DNA of 64,000 bases from Felis catus (taxonomy: Eukaryota): NCBI RefSeq assembly GCF_018350175.1, contig NC_058368.1:232874001-232938000 (forward strand), given 5' to 3'. Of this stretch, positions 23,916 to 36,420 are shown piece by piece. The notes below the pieces were generated by a model. The model did not search any database. It worked only from the letters and a program-made list of their open reading frames with translations, and had not been told where the DNA came from. A program made the position numbers and the translations under genes. Positions within the stretch are counted from its first letter, which is position 1; each line of letters opens with the position of its first letter.

Positions 23916-24124
23916 GGGGCTCCTGGGTGACTCAGTAGGTTAAGCATCCAACTTCAGCTCAGGTCTTGATCTCACAGTTTGATGGGATCCAGCCCTGCAT
24001 CAGGCTCTGTACTGATGGCTCAGAGCCTACTTGAGATTCTCTCTCTCTTTCCACCTCTCTCTCTTCCTCTCCCTGACTTGCACTTTCCCTCTCTCTCAAA
24101 ATAAATAATATACATAAAAAAAAA
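23916..24124 (+). mobile_element. Can-SINE
   Basis: Diverged body; TSD aagaatata(c/g)caacata. Confidence 0.9.
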
Positions 24125-24669
24125 AGAATATAGCAACATAGAGACTTGTGGAAATTAAAAACTTGATCTTTTGAAAACTTAATTGTAATCAGTATACCTA
24201 ATTGCTTAACATCAGAACATCTTTATCATGTCAGCCCCAAGTAACTTCAGGAATAAAGACAAAAAACAAAAAATGAGAAGAACATACCCGTCTCTGAGGC
24301 AGAAGGCTTGCCATACATTATGGAGATGGGAAACTTTTTTGGTCAATAAATAACCTGTCATTGAATTGTACATCATCAAGAAGTTCGTGTTTGTTTTATT
24401 AAAATAGAGATATTGTGTCCTGTCTGGAAATTGGGGAGAGAGAATGGATGATTTCAGTTGAGATGTTAAAAATAATTATTTATTATTATAATTATGCATC
24501 AGTTCTGTAGACGGGCCTCTTTTTTTTTTTCCAGGAGAAAAGGGTGCAGAAAGACCCAGTCAATAATACCCCATCATTGCCTGGGTATAGTGTACTCACT
24601 AGACAGCTAGGACCAGCTTACATCCAGGTACCATTGGGCCAGCCCCTTTACTTGGGCTGTATCACTCCA

Positions 24670-25100
24670 GGAGATGTTCAACTGCAGGAAATAGAAAGCC
24701 CAACCAGCAGCTGCTTAAACCACAGGAACATACTCTGTTTATTTATTTAGCAAGAAGACAAGTGGTTCAAAGCCCTAATTCCAAGATGGCGGGACTTCCT
24801 CAGAGTCTCTAGGGTTCTCCTGCCATGTCTCTTAGGTTCGCAGAGTGGCTTCCATAATTGCAGGTGCCGCATGCTCACATAACAACATCCCAAGGCAGAA
24901 AGCAGGGCTGCCGGAGTGGTGAGAGAATTTCTTTATTTGACAAAGAAAGAAGTGCGTTTCCCACAAGCCCCCAGCAGCCTGCCCCTCACCTCCCGTGGGG
25001 CCACTGGCAGCCACAGGGCAAGGGGACAGAGGGTGCCTGGCTCTCCAGCTCTGGGGCTGGAAGCAGGTACTGGAGACAAGGATTGGACTGGCTGGTGGGT
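24670..25100 (-). mobile_element. Old MLT1 (J/K-like) MaLR LTR
   Basis: actgcaggaaatagaaagcccaacc...gcttaaac; acaacatcccaaggcagaaag; cccacaagcccccagcag. Confidence 0.5.
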
Positions 25101-26964
25101 AGCCATTCCCACAGAGATATCGTCAGGCCACGGGGACTTCTAAGAGGAAGCCATTTCCAGAGAGTAGCAAGGCCCAGCCCTGTGCTTGGATGCAGCCGGT
25201 GACTGGGTTTCCTGAACTGTTCAATTTAACATGCATAACCGATTTCCTCTTCCTGCCTCTGCCCGGCCTCCTGTCTGGGGTGCGAGATCCATCCTCCTCC
25301 GAGTGTAAAATCCTTATTATTTTATTTGTCCCTTGTTTGCTGGTCCCTCCTTGCTGTCTCCAATATTTTTTGTTTCCATTCCTTGCTTGGCTGGGACTTT
25401 TTGATTTATCCCATCGCTGGAGGTCTGTCTGAGAAGGCAGTGGAGATTTATCCCCCTCCGTATTTCAGACGCTCGGAGCAGGGGCCGCCTTGTCCCCTGA
25501 CTTTAGGGGAGCCATCCATTACGGGGTGCCCCGCTCAGCCTGCCCGACCGGAGAAGGCGGACTGGATTCAGGCCACAGAGGAGTGGCTTCGTTGAGAAGA
25601 CACAATTTTAAGTTCCTCTTCCGAAAAGAGATTTATCTGCAGCATCGGCTCCCATTTGCCACTGCCTTGTCTCAAGTCTTTATTACATGTCCCTTGAACG
25701 TTGCAGTGGCCTCCTGATTGATGTTCCCGTCACCGATCCTTCCTCCCTGCAAAGATATTTCAAGATACCCAGAACCACTGCTCCTCGTGTACTTAAGTGG
25801 CTTCCCACTGTAAACAAAATAACACGCAAACGTACTCGTGTGGCACTCGGGCTGGTTTTTGGCGGGGTTCTGGCACAATCACTACTCCAGCCTCATAGCC
25901 CCCTGGCTCCGGCCACGCTGGTCCACTCACCACCGCCTTCCTGTCACCTGTGATCTCTCACCCGGGCTTCTCTACTCACCCACTCTTGCTGCGGGAACAG
26001 TGTTCTGTCCACCTGTCGGTGGAAATTCTTCCCATCTCTAGTGGATGGAGGGTGTGTCCCCCTTGGCCAGCGTGCCACTTGACTCTTGGGGAAGCAGCAC
26101 CCCTACTTTGCAGATGGTTGTGTGCAGTGGGGGGGGGGGTCACAGCGAGCTGTCCTTCCTTAGCAAGGGTGAGACCCCAGCCAGGCCAGCCCTTGGTGAC
26201 AGCCGTGCCCTCAGTGGGGCCTGTCGTTCTTTATCGTCTTTGTGGGCCTCTCCCGGCTGGGCTGTGACCCCGCTCCTCTCTGGGTCCCAGCACCTGCCGC
26301 AGGAGGCCCAGAGGGAACGGGACTTGAGCGCCCGCTCCTCCCTCTGTCCCACTGGTCCCCCCCTGGGCTCTGACCCAGGGTGCCCTGCTGTGTTGCAATT
26401 CCTCTCACATCCCCCCGGCCGCCCTCGCCCCTCCACACACTGGCACACACACTGGAAGTTTGGGCTCCGGGCCCAGGGGCACCGGGGTGAAGTGTGGCCA
26501 AGTGCTGAGGCACCGGTGGGGAGGGTGTGACTAGCAGAGAAGCCGTGAGGGGCGGTGGGCCAGGCACGGGCTCTGGGACATCGCACGTCGTTGGGAACCT
26601 CAACACGAACGCGCTGCGCGTTGTCCGTCAAGGGGGCTGATGACAGGACGCAGTTTCCGCCGAAGCTGTGGAAGTGGACGAATGCACGCACCCTTCTTAG
26701 GTCAGTGGCGGCATCCGGCAGGTGTTAACTAAAGAGAGGAAATGAGCCCACACGTCACGAGGGATCGATTGGCATTTTCTTCTCGGGCCAAGAAGGAGGA
26801 GAAGAAAATTCCAGAAAGAAAAGAAAGGGTGCTGACACACACGGGGTGCACGAAGGGTGTGGCCTTTTGGGGGGATGGTAAGAAGTTCACTGTGGTTGAA
26901 GGTTCATGGGTGCGGCCAAAATTGCTTGTGGCTGAAGTTTCTGGAAACGTTCTTAAAAGACAAC

Positions 26965-27225
26965 TGTCCGGGATCCTTTACCCCTCCTTCATCCCTTCCT
27001 CCATCCTCCTGCCTGGAACGCAGACGCAAAGGCTGGAGCTGTAGCCACCACCTGGGACCATGAGGTCTTGCAGTGCAGTGAGCTCGAAGGAGCCCGGGTC
27101 TCCAAGCATTTCATGGAGCAGAGCCCTGGATTACCTGTCTGTGGGTTTTCTTACAAGGTGAAAATAAGCTTCCTCATTTGGGTCACTATTATTGTGGATT
27201 TCTCTTCTTGCAGAAGAATCTAATC
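26965..27225 (+). mobile_element. Old MLT1 (I/J-like) MaLR LTR 3' part
   Basis: cctcctgcctggaacgcagac...ggctggagctgtagccacc.cctgggaccatgagg...gaaggagcccgggtc. Confidence 0.6.
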
Positions 27226-29314
27226 ATGGAAGTGATGGGATAGGGTAGTAGGCCATTGGAAGCAAACTGTGAGGGGAAAGGTATTTACAGGCCAACAAAG
27301 GAGTTTAGGCCTCAGTGGACCAGCAACCAGAGTTCTCCAGCAGAGGAGCACAGTGTGATTTTGAAGGAAGGTGGCTTTGCCACAGGGAGGGCGGGCACCC
27401 CGAGGGGAGACACGAGTGGCAGCAGACCAAGGAGGCTGTGTAGGGGAGAGGTGAGACCTGAAGCCAGGCCGCATTCCAGAGTGAGCCCAGATGCTCGCCG
27501 GGCTTTCTCAAAGTAAACAGAAAAGGGGTAAAGTCCAAAAGCAATGGTCCTGCTGAGACCGTTACTGGCTGTGGGAGCTGCAGGGAAGGTGGGGGGGGGG
27601 AGCAGGCATGGGGGCAAGAGGAGCCTCTTCTGATCTCTCTCTCTCTCTAGCCCCACCTGCCTCTGCCAAGACAGTGACTACTCCCACCCTCCACGCCGCT
27701 GCCCATCATGATGCAGCTGCCTTGACTCTTTTAGGGACCTTCTTAGGGCCTTGCTTTTGTGACTGGGTCCAATGACCTGACCTGTGTGGGCCTCCTCTGA
27801 GGATGCAGGGACCCAGCAGCGTGAGCTGGCAGAGAAGGGGGATCTGGGAAAGGGGCGTTTCCGGGCCAACAGGCTCCTGATGAGAAAAGGCAGGAATGAA
27901 ATCAGCCAGCTCCAGGGGCGGGTGGGTTCTGGAATCTGGATCTGGAGCCCTGGGGGCAGGGACACCAAGAGCTGAGCAGGACAATGAGTGGGTGCTGCTT
28001 AGCATGGGCTGCTTCACATACGGGGTGGGTGGGGGTGTAATGTGCTCATCAGGACATCACAGCATAACCTTCATTGACCGAGTGGGTGAACTGGAAACTG
28101 TTTCCAGGATAAGAGGGAAGGTGCAGCTTAGTGGCTCCATGGGGACCCAGCACTCTCTTCTGGGCCATGCTGAGCCATATGCCTAGGGCACCATGGCAAT
28201 TTCCAGAGCCCTCCCCATGTGGGTAGCAGAGTCTTTGACTCAGGAACTGGCCAGACCTCAGCCCACCAGTTAGTCTTCTGGTTCTGCGGGTCTTGAGAAA
28301 GGTGTGGCCTGATGACTAGTAAGTCGTAGGAGAGCTTGATCTGTCTGCTTTGGGGGATATTCAGAGAGCATTTAATAACGTGCCAATGTCCATGGGGCAA
28401 TGCTCAGCAAAAATAAAACACAGTATGGGCAACATGCTCAGAATTTTGAGACCAAGATTTATGCATGTAGACATACGAAGCTGGTTTCAAAGGGCTTCAC
28501 AAAGTCTCCTCCAAGTGTACCTGGGGCTCGTCTGGAAACTCTCACTGTGTTTCCATACCAATCCTCTGCAGGAACCACTGGGGCCTGAGGTTTACAAAAG
28601 GATTTTAATAGACCATATTTTTTAAAAATTAGCGTAGGTAGCCGTGAAAGTATTAAGAAGGAAGCATTGCAGGGCGACAGAAAAGCCAACAATAGGAAGA
28701 AAATAGAGTTTTCTATGTTCTGACTCTTATCTCTTCACGGCTTCCATAAAGTGAGACCTGACTCCCGGACTTTTTCTCATCAATTTTTTTATTTGTGCCT
28801 CATATATCATCCTTTGTTCCTTTCATGAGTTCGTAAGAAAGCGTATAAAACCATGCTTCCTTAGGCACAATTTCTTCCAACAAGGTGCTTGGGGACAGTT
28901 TTAATAAAACATTCATTCAGGTCAGTGAGTTGCTCCTGAAACAGTCAGCACATCCAGGGATGGATGTTAAAGACCTTAAGGAAGGCCTTACTTTGTGCTG
29001 TAACCTGGAAAATTCTCGGAAGACTTATCAGGCTCAGTTCTACAATCATGCAGGAAAATAAATACCCATTTTCCTCTTGCCAGTGTTAACCAACAGGAAA
29101 GAGGCAGTCTGCCCCAGTCCCCAAGAAGTCCTTCCTGAAATAAGACCTTAACTACACCTCAAGTCCTCTTACCTGGACCGGACCTCAATCTTGGCTTAAG
29201 TCATGTGGACAGATAACCCCTCGATCTGATCCCGTTTTCATCCTCCCTCTGCTCTGTTGGTTGAAGGCCCACCGGACACTAAAGTGATGGGGAACATTGC
29301 TCTCACGAGCACTG

Positions 29315-29520
29315 GCAGCTATAACGTATTGAGTCACTCACATATTTCAGGAACGTGCAGTACAAGTCGCAAATGGCTTATTTTCACAATAGTTCTGAAA
29401 AGTAGATATTGCTTGACCCATTTTCAAGAACAGGAACGGGATGTTGAGAAAGTCAACTCGCCAAAAAGATGCAGCCCGTGCTGACTGAGCCAGGTTACCT
29501 GGCGGGGTCTCTTGGCTTCT
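29315..29520 (-). mobile_element. MIR-like fragment
   Basis: Degenerate reverse MIR (tattgagtcact...cacaatagttctg..gtagatatt..cccattttca). Confidence 0.5.
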
Positions 29521-29669
29521 TCTCTCGGGTCCCCACTGCGTGGTTCCATCTACAACCTCTGTGTGTCCTCTGGAGGAAAATGACGACATGTTGGGTCAGG
29601 AAGTCAGTGGCCGTTTCATGAGGACATATTGTGTCCTTGTAATTTCTGAATCATTTATAACTAAATATT

Positions 29670-29778
29670 CTGTGAACTGCCTCTCGTGAAGGCAGGGATT
29701 ATGTGTGCCTTCATACCGTTGTATTCCTGACGTATAGCAGAGTACCTGGCATATAACAGTTGCTCAATAAATGCTGCT
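29670..29778 (+). mobile_element. L2 3' end
   Basis: tgaaggcaggga...gtacctggcatataacagttgctcaataaatg. Confidence 0.7.
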
Positions 29779-30211
29779 GTGTCTTTTGAGTGTAACCTCT
29801 ATCAAAGAAAACACCTAGTTAGGTGGCTTCTCTGTCCTGCATTGGCTTGTCCTTACTTCGGGCAATCAATCCATCCTTGCTTCCAGAAATACATCGAGCA
29901 CAGATAGTCCTGCCGGGTTCTTTGCCCCAAAGCCCTTCCCTCCCGTCTCTGCCTGGATCATGCTCATCTCCTTGTGAGGTATCGTCCTTGTCCCCTGAAG
30001 GGCCCCTCCATCCGTGGTCTCTGTCTCCCAGCTGCTTTCAAACTATTCACATTGTCTTGCTTCTTTAGTTGTCCGTTCTGCATCCCATCCAAGCCCCGCC
30101 TTTGGTGAGAAGCCACCAGCATCTCCATGATGCACGAGGAGGTGCAGACATGCAGCAGCTGTTGTGAAGTGGCTTTCCAGAAAAAAAAAGTAACATCATC
30201 ATCATAATAAT

Positions 30212-30668
30212 AAAAGAAAGAAAGCAAAAGAAAGAAAGCAAAAGAAAGAAAGAAAAAGAAAAAGAGAAAGAAAGAAAGCAAAAGAAAGAAAGAAAAAGAA
30301 AGAAAAAGAAAAAGAGAAAGAAAGAAAGCGAAAGAAAGAAAGCAAAAGAAAGAAAGAAAAAGAGAAAGAAAGAAAGCAAAAGAAAGAAAAAGAAAAAGAG
30401 AAAGAAAGCAAAAGAAAGAAAGCAAAAGAAAGAAAGAAAAAGAGAAAGAGAAAGAAAGCAAAAGAAAGAAAGAAAAAGAGAAAGAAAGAAAGCAAAAGAA
30501 AGAAAGAAAAAGAAAAAGAGAAAGAAAGAAAGCAAAAGAAAGAAAGAAAAAGAAAAAGAGAAAGAAAGAAAGCAAAAGAAAGAAAGCAAAAGAAAGAAAA
30601 AGAAAAAGAGAAAGAAAGAAAGCAAAAGAAAGCAAGAAAGCAAGAAAGCAAGCAAGAAAGAAAGAAAG
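30212..30668. repeat. Compound purine-rich (GAAA)n/(GCAAAA)/(GAAAAA) satellite
   Basis: Directly visible; an exact 40-bp higher-order unit is repeated at 30481-30520 and 30521-30560. Confidence 0.97.
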
Positions 30669-30709
30669 GCAGAGGCAGACAGGGGTGATTTTCAGTGTTT
30701 GCCTATATC

Positions 30710-30916
30710 TTTTTTTTTTTTTTTTAAGTTTATTCATTTGATAGAGACAAAGAGAGCGAGCAAGGGAGGGGCAGAGAGAGAGAGAGGGAGAAAGAAAGAA
30801 ACCAAAACAGGCCCCGTGCTATCGCCACAGAGGGGCTCAGACTCACCAACCGTGAGATCGTGGCCTGAGTGGAAACCGAGTCCCACGCTCCGGGGCCGGA
30901 GCCTCCCGGGTGCCCC
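30710..30916 (-). mobile_element. Can-SINE, GC-drifted
   Basis: Poly(T), (GA)n, ccgtgagatcgtggcctgag; head altered to ggagcctcccgggtgcccc. Confidence 0.85.
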
Positions 30917-32619
30917 ACGCCGATCTCGGTGCGTAAATCCCCGCCCTGGACTCAGTCTCAAGCTGTGAGAGTGACGCCTCTGAGCCCAGAGCTGCAGGCA
31001 AAGGGATGGACACACGAGATTAGCTTCGGTGCCCCAGCGGACCTCCTTCGTCGCACCACCGCATGGGAACCAAAGGGCGCGCCGCCCTCGTTAGGATCCT
31101 GAAATTCCCAACGTGGCTTCCGTGGAGGAGGTTGCCGGGAAGGCGGCCACACCACGCGTGGCGGGTTAGCCTGATCTCATTGGGAAGAGAGGGGTAAATT
31201 GCCACAAAGGAAGGAAGAAATCCCCGTCTGTTTGCTAAAGAGGTTCCCCGCCCCCAAAACCTCTCACAGGGGGCCCCTCGGGTGTGCCCTGAGGCTCCTG
31301 GCGGTGCACCCCCACGCCTTTCTGTCCCAGGGTTCAAGGTGGTATTTTTTTAAGCTCCTCGGAGGCAACCCCCCCAACTTCCAGGAGGTGGCGCCAGCCA
31401 CAGGATGCTGTCTTGCTGCCCCCGCCTCCAGATGCCAGCCCCTCGTCAGAGGGGCTCCCTGGTCTGGAATAACGGTCTGTGGGCTACAGCGGGACCGTCC
31501 AAGCCACCCTGACAGTCCCGGGAGGGCACACACCAGGCTCCCCTGAGCTCTCCCAGCCCGCCGAGGGGCAGACACACCTCTCTGTTCTGCTCCCTGTGCG
31601 GAGGTCATTGTGGGGTAAGCCACGCAGGGCATCCAGGGCGGCAGACTCAGGAGCCCAGCGAGAGAGCGGACCGTGGCCCACAAGCCTCTCCCCCAGGGGT
31701 CCCCAGATGGGCTAGGTGGCCCAGGCGGAAAGGGCCGGGATTACTCAGAAGAGCACAAGGGTATTCTCTGATTCATTCTCCAATTCCAGGTCCTTGGGCG
31801 TGGACCCTCCCCACCTCCCCAGGAAAACACCACCAGCCGCAGCCTCTGAAAACCAGTGTCTTCACCTGTCTGTCACCGCAAAGCACCAACTTCAGACTCT
31901 AAAATCAAGGTGATATTAATTCAGGATTTAGAGTTAAGCTTGCTTCGTGCAGTTCTCATAGTAAGTTGTGTTTAAAATTATGTCTCTGTCGGTATCACCA
32001 GAAAATACGGGAATCGCTTTCTCCAGGAGAGGAAATCGGGCCAAAAGGCGAGGAGACGTTTTGTTGTTATTCCCCAAAGCAACCTGTAGCCGTGATCCGG
32101 TTGCCAGTTGTGGACTCCTTTGTCTACGGGTTGCCGTCATTTGTCAGTAAATGAATTGTAGCCCCTTGCAAAGCCCTTGTCTGCAAAAGACTTCGTATTT
32201 CAAACGGGGTTGTTTGGAGAGTTGGTTAAGCAGTTACACCGCCGGAAGCCCTAAGTGGTTCCATTGCATAATCGTAACAATGTCGGTAGTCATTTGACTC
32301 TGTTTCCACGGGAAGATAACGCACATGTTTCCATTTTACTCTTTCCCTTCAATATGTTTATTAGGCAATGAAATTTCTTCCTTTAGAGTTGGGCTTCCTT
32401 AGAACCCCTCACCTGCCCTCAACTGCAGCCTACGAAGGAGATTGACTGTGTATCCTTCCCTGTGGCCTAGTTGGTTACAGGTGCTAATAGTTATTGTTAT
32501 TTAATCCCTTAATGATGCGCCCTTATATGTCCCCCTTCTTAAGCGCTGTGTGGTTTGCTCCCCGTAATTAGAAGGTCGAGGAGCTACTTTGCCCTGGGAG
32601 CTTCTTCTCATTGTAAGAA

Positions 32620-33070
32620 ACAGCAGCCAAATTATGGGAGGAGCCTAAGTGTCCATCGACTGATGAGCGGATAAAGAAATCGTGGTTTACGTACACCATG
32701 GAATACTACGTGGCAATGAGAAAGAATGAGATCTGGCCTTTGGTAGCCACGCGGATGGAACTGGAGCGTGTGATGCTAAGTGAAATAAGTCATCCAGAGA
32801 AAGACAGGTACCATATGCGTTCAACTCTTATGTGGATCCTGAGAAACTTAACAGAAGACCATGGGGGAGGGGAAGGAAAAAAAAAAAAGAGAGGGAGGGA
32901 GCCAAATCACGAGAGACTCTTAAAAACTGAGAACAATCTGAGGGTTGATGGGGGGGGTGGGAGGGAGGGGAGGGTGGGCGATGGGCATGGAGGAGGGCAC
33001 CTGTTGGGAGGAGCACTGGGTGTCGTATGGAAACCAATTGGACAATACATTTCATATTGGAAAAAAAAAA
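32620..33070 (+). mobile_element. Felid LINE-1 3' end, 5'-truncated
   Basis: ORF2 C-terminus MEYYVAMRKNEIWP..AT.MELE.VMLSEIS, G-rich 3' UTR, gagcactgggtg, A-tail. Confidence 0.92.
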
Positions 33071-34064
33071 GAAGCAATTCTTTCGCCTTGGGGGGTTAAC
33101 GTGAGTCAGCTGTCACGTTAGGGTGGGAGGCAGAGCCCTCTCTGTGGGAGGCTCTGTGACGTCCTCCTGGATGCACCGAGGGCATTAGACCAGCTGGCTT
33201 GGTGTTTTCCCTCTGAGCTCCTCCCTTAGCTTGACCTCTGGGTCAGCAGCTCCGTCCTCAGAGTCACAGCCGTGGCAATGGTGCGACTCTGGTCCTGATC
33301 ACCCCTTCACCTCTGATTTCCACAGCTGCCCCCTGAGGTCTCGGGCGACTCGGTCGCAGAGGGTGGCCTCTTACCCCTTCCACAGCACTGAGCCAATGGG
33401 ACTTAAAACCGACGAACTCATCTCAGGGAATGAGCTCCCTGGTTATTGTGTTCTCCCTCTGACTCCACAGATCTCAGACCATAACTGGTGATAAATTCTG
33501 AGACTCCAGGAGGAGGGTGAATCGGGAGATTTTGTTTGTTTTTCACAAAGAAAAAAATGAGCAACGGTCATGGTGACAGCCACCCAGCCCCGCAGGCAAA
33601 CGTGGCTCATCTCTGTCATTCATTCTGGAAGTCCTTCTTTCTCCCCACCCCTTTCATCCCCAGGCTTCACTCCCAACCCAACATATATTTGGGGAGCCGC
33701 TGGATGACGTGAAGAACAGTAAAATAGCAAAGCCTGGGGTCAGCGCATTTAGCAGTGCGGACAAGGAGCTCAAAGCAGGTGTATCTTGAAACCCTGTGCC
33801 ATCAAGTTTCGTTCCCACTCGGGCTATCCTGTTGTGTTCTCTACCCCTCCCTCGTTTCCTTCTTTCCTTCCTCATTTCTCTCAGCCTCTTTCTTTCTGCG
33901 GGTTGCCTCTGTGGGTCCACTTGGGCAACAAGCTATCTTTTTTCATATTTAGCAGGAGGAGAAAGAAACCTCATGTCTGTCTTCATCTATTAGCAAAACG
34001 TCTGACCCCCTTACCTTGGAGCTTTCATCTGCTTTGGGGACATCGTTTTAAATGTGCCTCGTAA

Positions 34065-34204
34065 GGGGCACCTGGGTGGCTCAGTTGGTCAAGTGTCTGA
34101 CTTTGGCTCAGGACGGGATCTCGCGGCTCGTGAGTTCGAGTCCCCTGTCGGGCTCTGTGCTGACAGCTCAGAGCCTGGAGCCTGCTTCAGATTCTGTGTC
34201 TCTT

Positions 34205-34236
<32 letters not shown>

Positions 34237-34257
34237 CCTGCCCCTCCCTTGCTTGTG

Positions 34258-34289
<32 letters not shown>

Positions 34290-34310
34290 AATAAATAAAC
34301 ATTAAAAATA
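34065..34310 (+). mobile_element. Can-SINE
   Basis: Full body; TSD tttaa(a/c)tgtgcctc. Confidence 0.92.
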
Positions 34311-34867
34311 GTTTAACTGTGCCTCATCAAATGTGAATGTGGCTGTGTCATCTTGGCCAAGAAATGATTCCATTTTAGCACAAACCTTGAGACATGCCTT
34401 GCATTTTAACTGGATCGGGGTAGTAACCACCCATTTATGTCAACAGTGGAAGAGAGAGCCTCCAATCCAGATTATGATGTAGTTTACTAACGGATTTTTG
34501 AATCGAATAATCTGCACCTTCGCAGTTTCTTACGAAAACGCTCACAGTGCAGAGGAATACCCCTATGTTCTCCCAGTTTAAAGGAAAAAAGGAAAAAAAC
34601 AAACAAAACATGTCTCCCTAAGAAACTCATGTTCTTACGAAGTCGGCCGACTGCGTAAAGTCATCTAACAAATGTTTTCTCTCTGACTAAAGAGTAACCT
34701 CAGCTTCCGGAATGAGTCCTTTGGTTCTCTTGCCTTAGTTTTCTGTTGTGTAAAAAAAATCAGCATAAATGTGATGGCTGCAAATCACGCCAGCATGCTA
34801 GCTCTCTGTTCTACAGATCAGAAAAAGTCCAGCTTGGAGGGCGATGAAGACAAATAATGGGAACTGT

Positions 34868-34933
34868 AGTGTGATTGACGCATTGTAATCTCCGGCGGCA
34901 AGTGTGATTGACACATTGTAATCTCCCGCGGCA
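34868..34933. repeat. 33-bp tandem duplication
   Basis: agtgtgattgac(g/a)cattgtaatctcc(g/c)gcggca x2, 2 mismatches. Confidence 0.95.
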
Positions 34934-35262
34934 AATGGGGCCCAAACCTCAACAGACATTGCAAGTAACATCAGCATTGCCTGTGGCCGGAAGCCCTCCT
35001 TGTCGTTATTTTCAGTGCCAAACTGGCTTCGCCCCTTGGAACTCTGAATCATTTACTTCTCGAGCCAACGGGCCAAATACCAACTACTTCAAGTCTGTTA
35101 GAATCCAGTGAAGTAGATAACGAGGCACTTGAAATATATCAAATGGTAAACGATTTGGTATCAGGCACTCTGGTTTACTCTGCTTTCAACAGGGTACCCT
35201 CTCTGGGGCTGGCATGGTGTTCTTTTTGAAGCTCCCTCTCCGCCTTTAGTCAAAAACCGTGG

Positions 35263-35456
35263 CAGGTGCCTGGGTGGCTCAGTCGGGTAAGCCTCCGGCT
35301 TCAGCTCAGGTCAAGATCTGACCATTCGTGAGTTCGAGCCCCGCGCTGGGCTCTGTGCTGACCGCTCGGAGCCTGCTCGGGATCCTCTGTCTCCTTCTCT
35401 CTCCGCCCCTCCCCTGCTCGTGCACGTGCGCTCGCGCTCTCAAAAAAAATAAACAT

Positions 35457-35490
<34 letters not shown>
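35263..35490 (+). mobile_element. Can-SINE with (CA)n in its tail
   Basis: Full body; (CA)n at 35461-35490. Confidence 0.9.
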
Positions 35491-35493
<3 letters not shown>

Positions 35494-35504
35494 CAGTGAC
35501 GATT

Positions 35505-35660
35505 AGGGCTCTGGGACTACTCATCCTCACCTGGAACTCGTGAGAAATGCAAATTCTCCAGCCCCATCTGCTGATACGGGACTCTTGGGGTGGGAACCCA
35601 CAATCCATGGTTTGACCAGCCCAATAGGTCATTCTGATGCTGACGTAAGTTTGGGTGTGC
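35505..35660. mobile_element. MER5A-like hAT DNA transposon fragment
   Basis: tcacctggaactcgtgagaaatgcaaattctc..gcccca...ggtcattctgatgc...aagtttg. Confidence 0.65.
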
Positions 35661-36122
35661 AGGGACCCTCGGTCCCTCCTGCGTGGGACCTGTCTTTCCA
35701 CAAACTGCGCCTGAAAAGTGATGGCAATAGGCAACACAAGGCAATGCTCTTGTGTTTGTTTTGTTTTGTGTTGTTTTTTTTTAGTGATCATGTATACGCC
35801 TCTTCTAGGCTTTGGTCCTGTTAACTAAAACTTCATCTCCCCATCCTGTAGATAAGAAAGCTCTAATTGTATGAGCCAAAGATGGCTTCAATTTCTACCA
35901 CTTTCTAGCCACGTGTGGTTCTTAGGGACTCAAACTACTGAAATCCCCTGGCCCTCCCAGTTCAGGCACCCATCAACTTTATTTCTACTTGGCTTTAATT
36001 AGCCTCTTTTATCTATCTTTTCCTGGGTATTCCTCTTGGGGGAAGCTGTTCAAGGACTTCCTGTAAGAGCTTTAAAATCTGCATTTTTCAGGTATTTTAT
36101 ATGTGTTGTTTATCAGGTCGAT

Positions 36123-36230
36123 GGGGTACCTGGGTGGCTCAGTTGGTTAAGCGTCAGACTTCAGCTCAGGTCATGATCTCAAGGTTCAGGCTCTGTGCTG
36201 ACAGCTCAGAGCCTGGAGCCTGCTTCAGAT

Positions 36231-36279
<49 letters not shown>

Positions 36280-36300
36280 AATAAATAAACATAAAAAAAA
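36123..36300 (+). mobile_element. Can-SINE with internal deletions
   Basis: Head, (CT)n tract and tail. Confidence 0.88.
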
Positions 36301-36420
36301 GATATGTATCAAGTTGAGGAAGTTCCCAACTATTCCTGGTTTTCTGAGGGTTTTTAGTATGATTAGATGTTGTATTTAGTCAAATGCTTTCCCTGCATCA
36401 ATTTATATGATCAGATGATA

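Noticed and set aside
26045..26691. Overlapping 130-180 aa ORFs on both strands (likewise 30700-31700 and 61099-61738)
   Set aside because: Expected in GC-rich or pyrimidine-rich sequence; no recognisable domain or exon-like splice context.
29964..30737. Long minus-strand ORFs (257, 196 and 149 aa) rich in F/L/S
   Set aside because: The minus strand of the T-free tract has no A and therefore cannot contain stop codons; these are low-complexity artefacts.
32698..33099. 133-aa ORF (also 80..337 and the C-terminal part of 14087..14626)
   Set aside because: Remnants of the L1 ORF2 C-terminus in truncated, non-autonomous copies.
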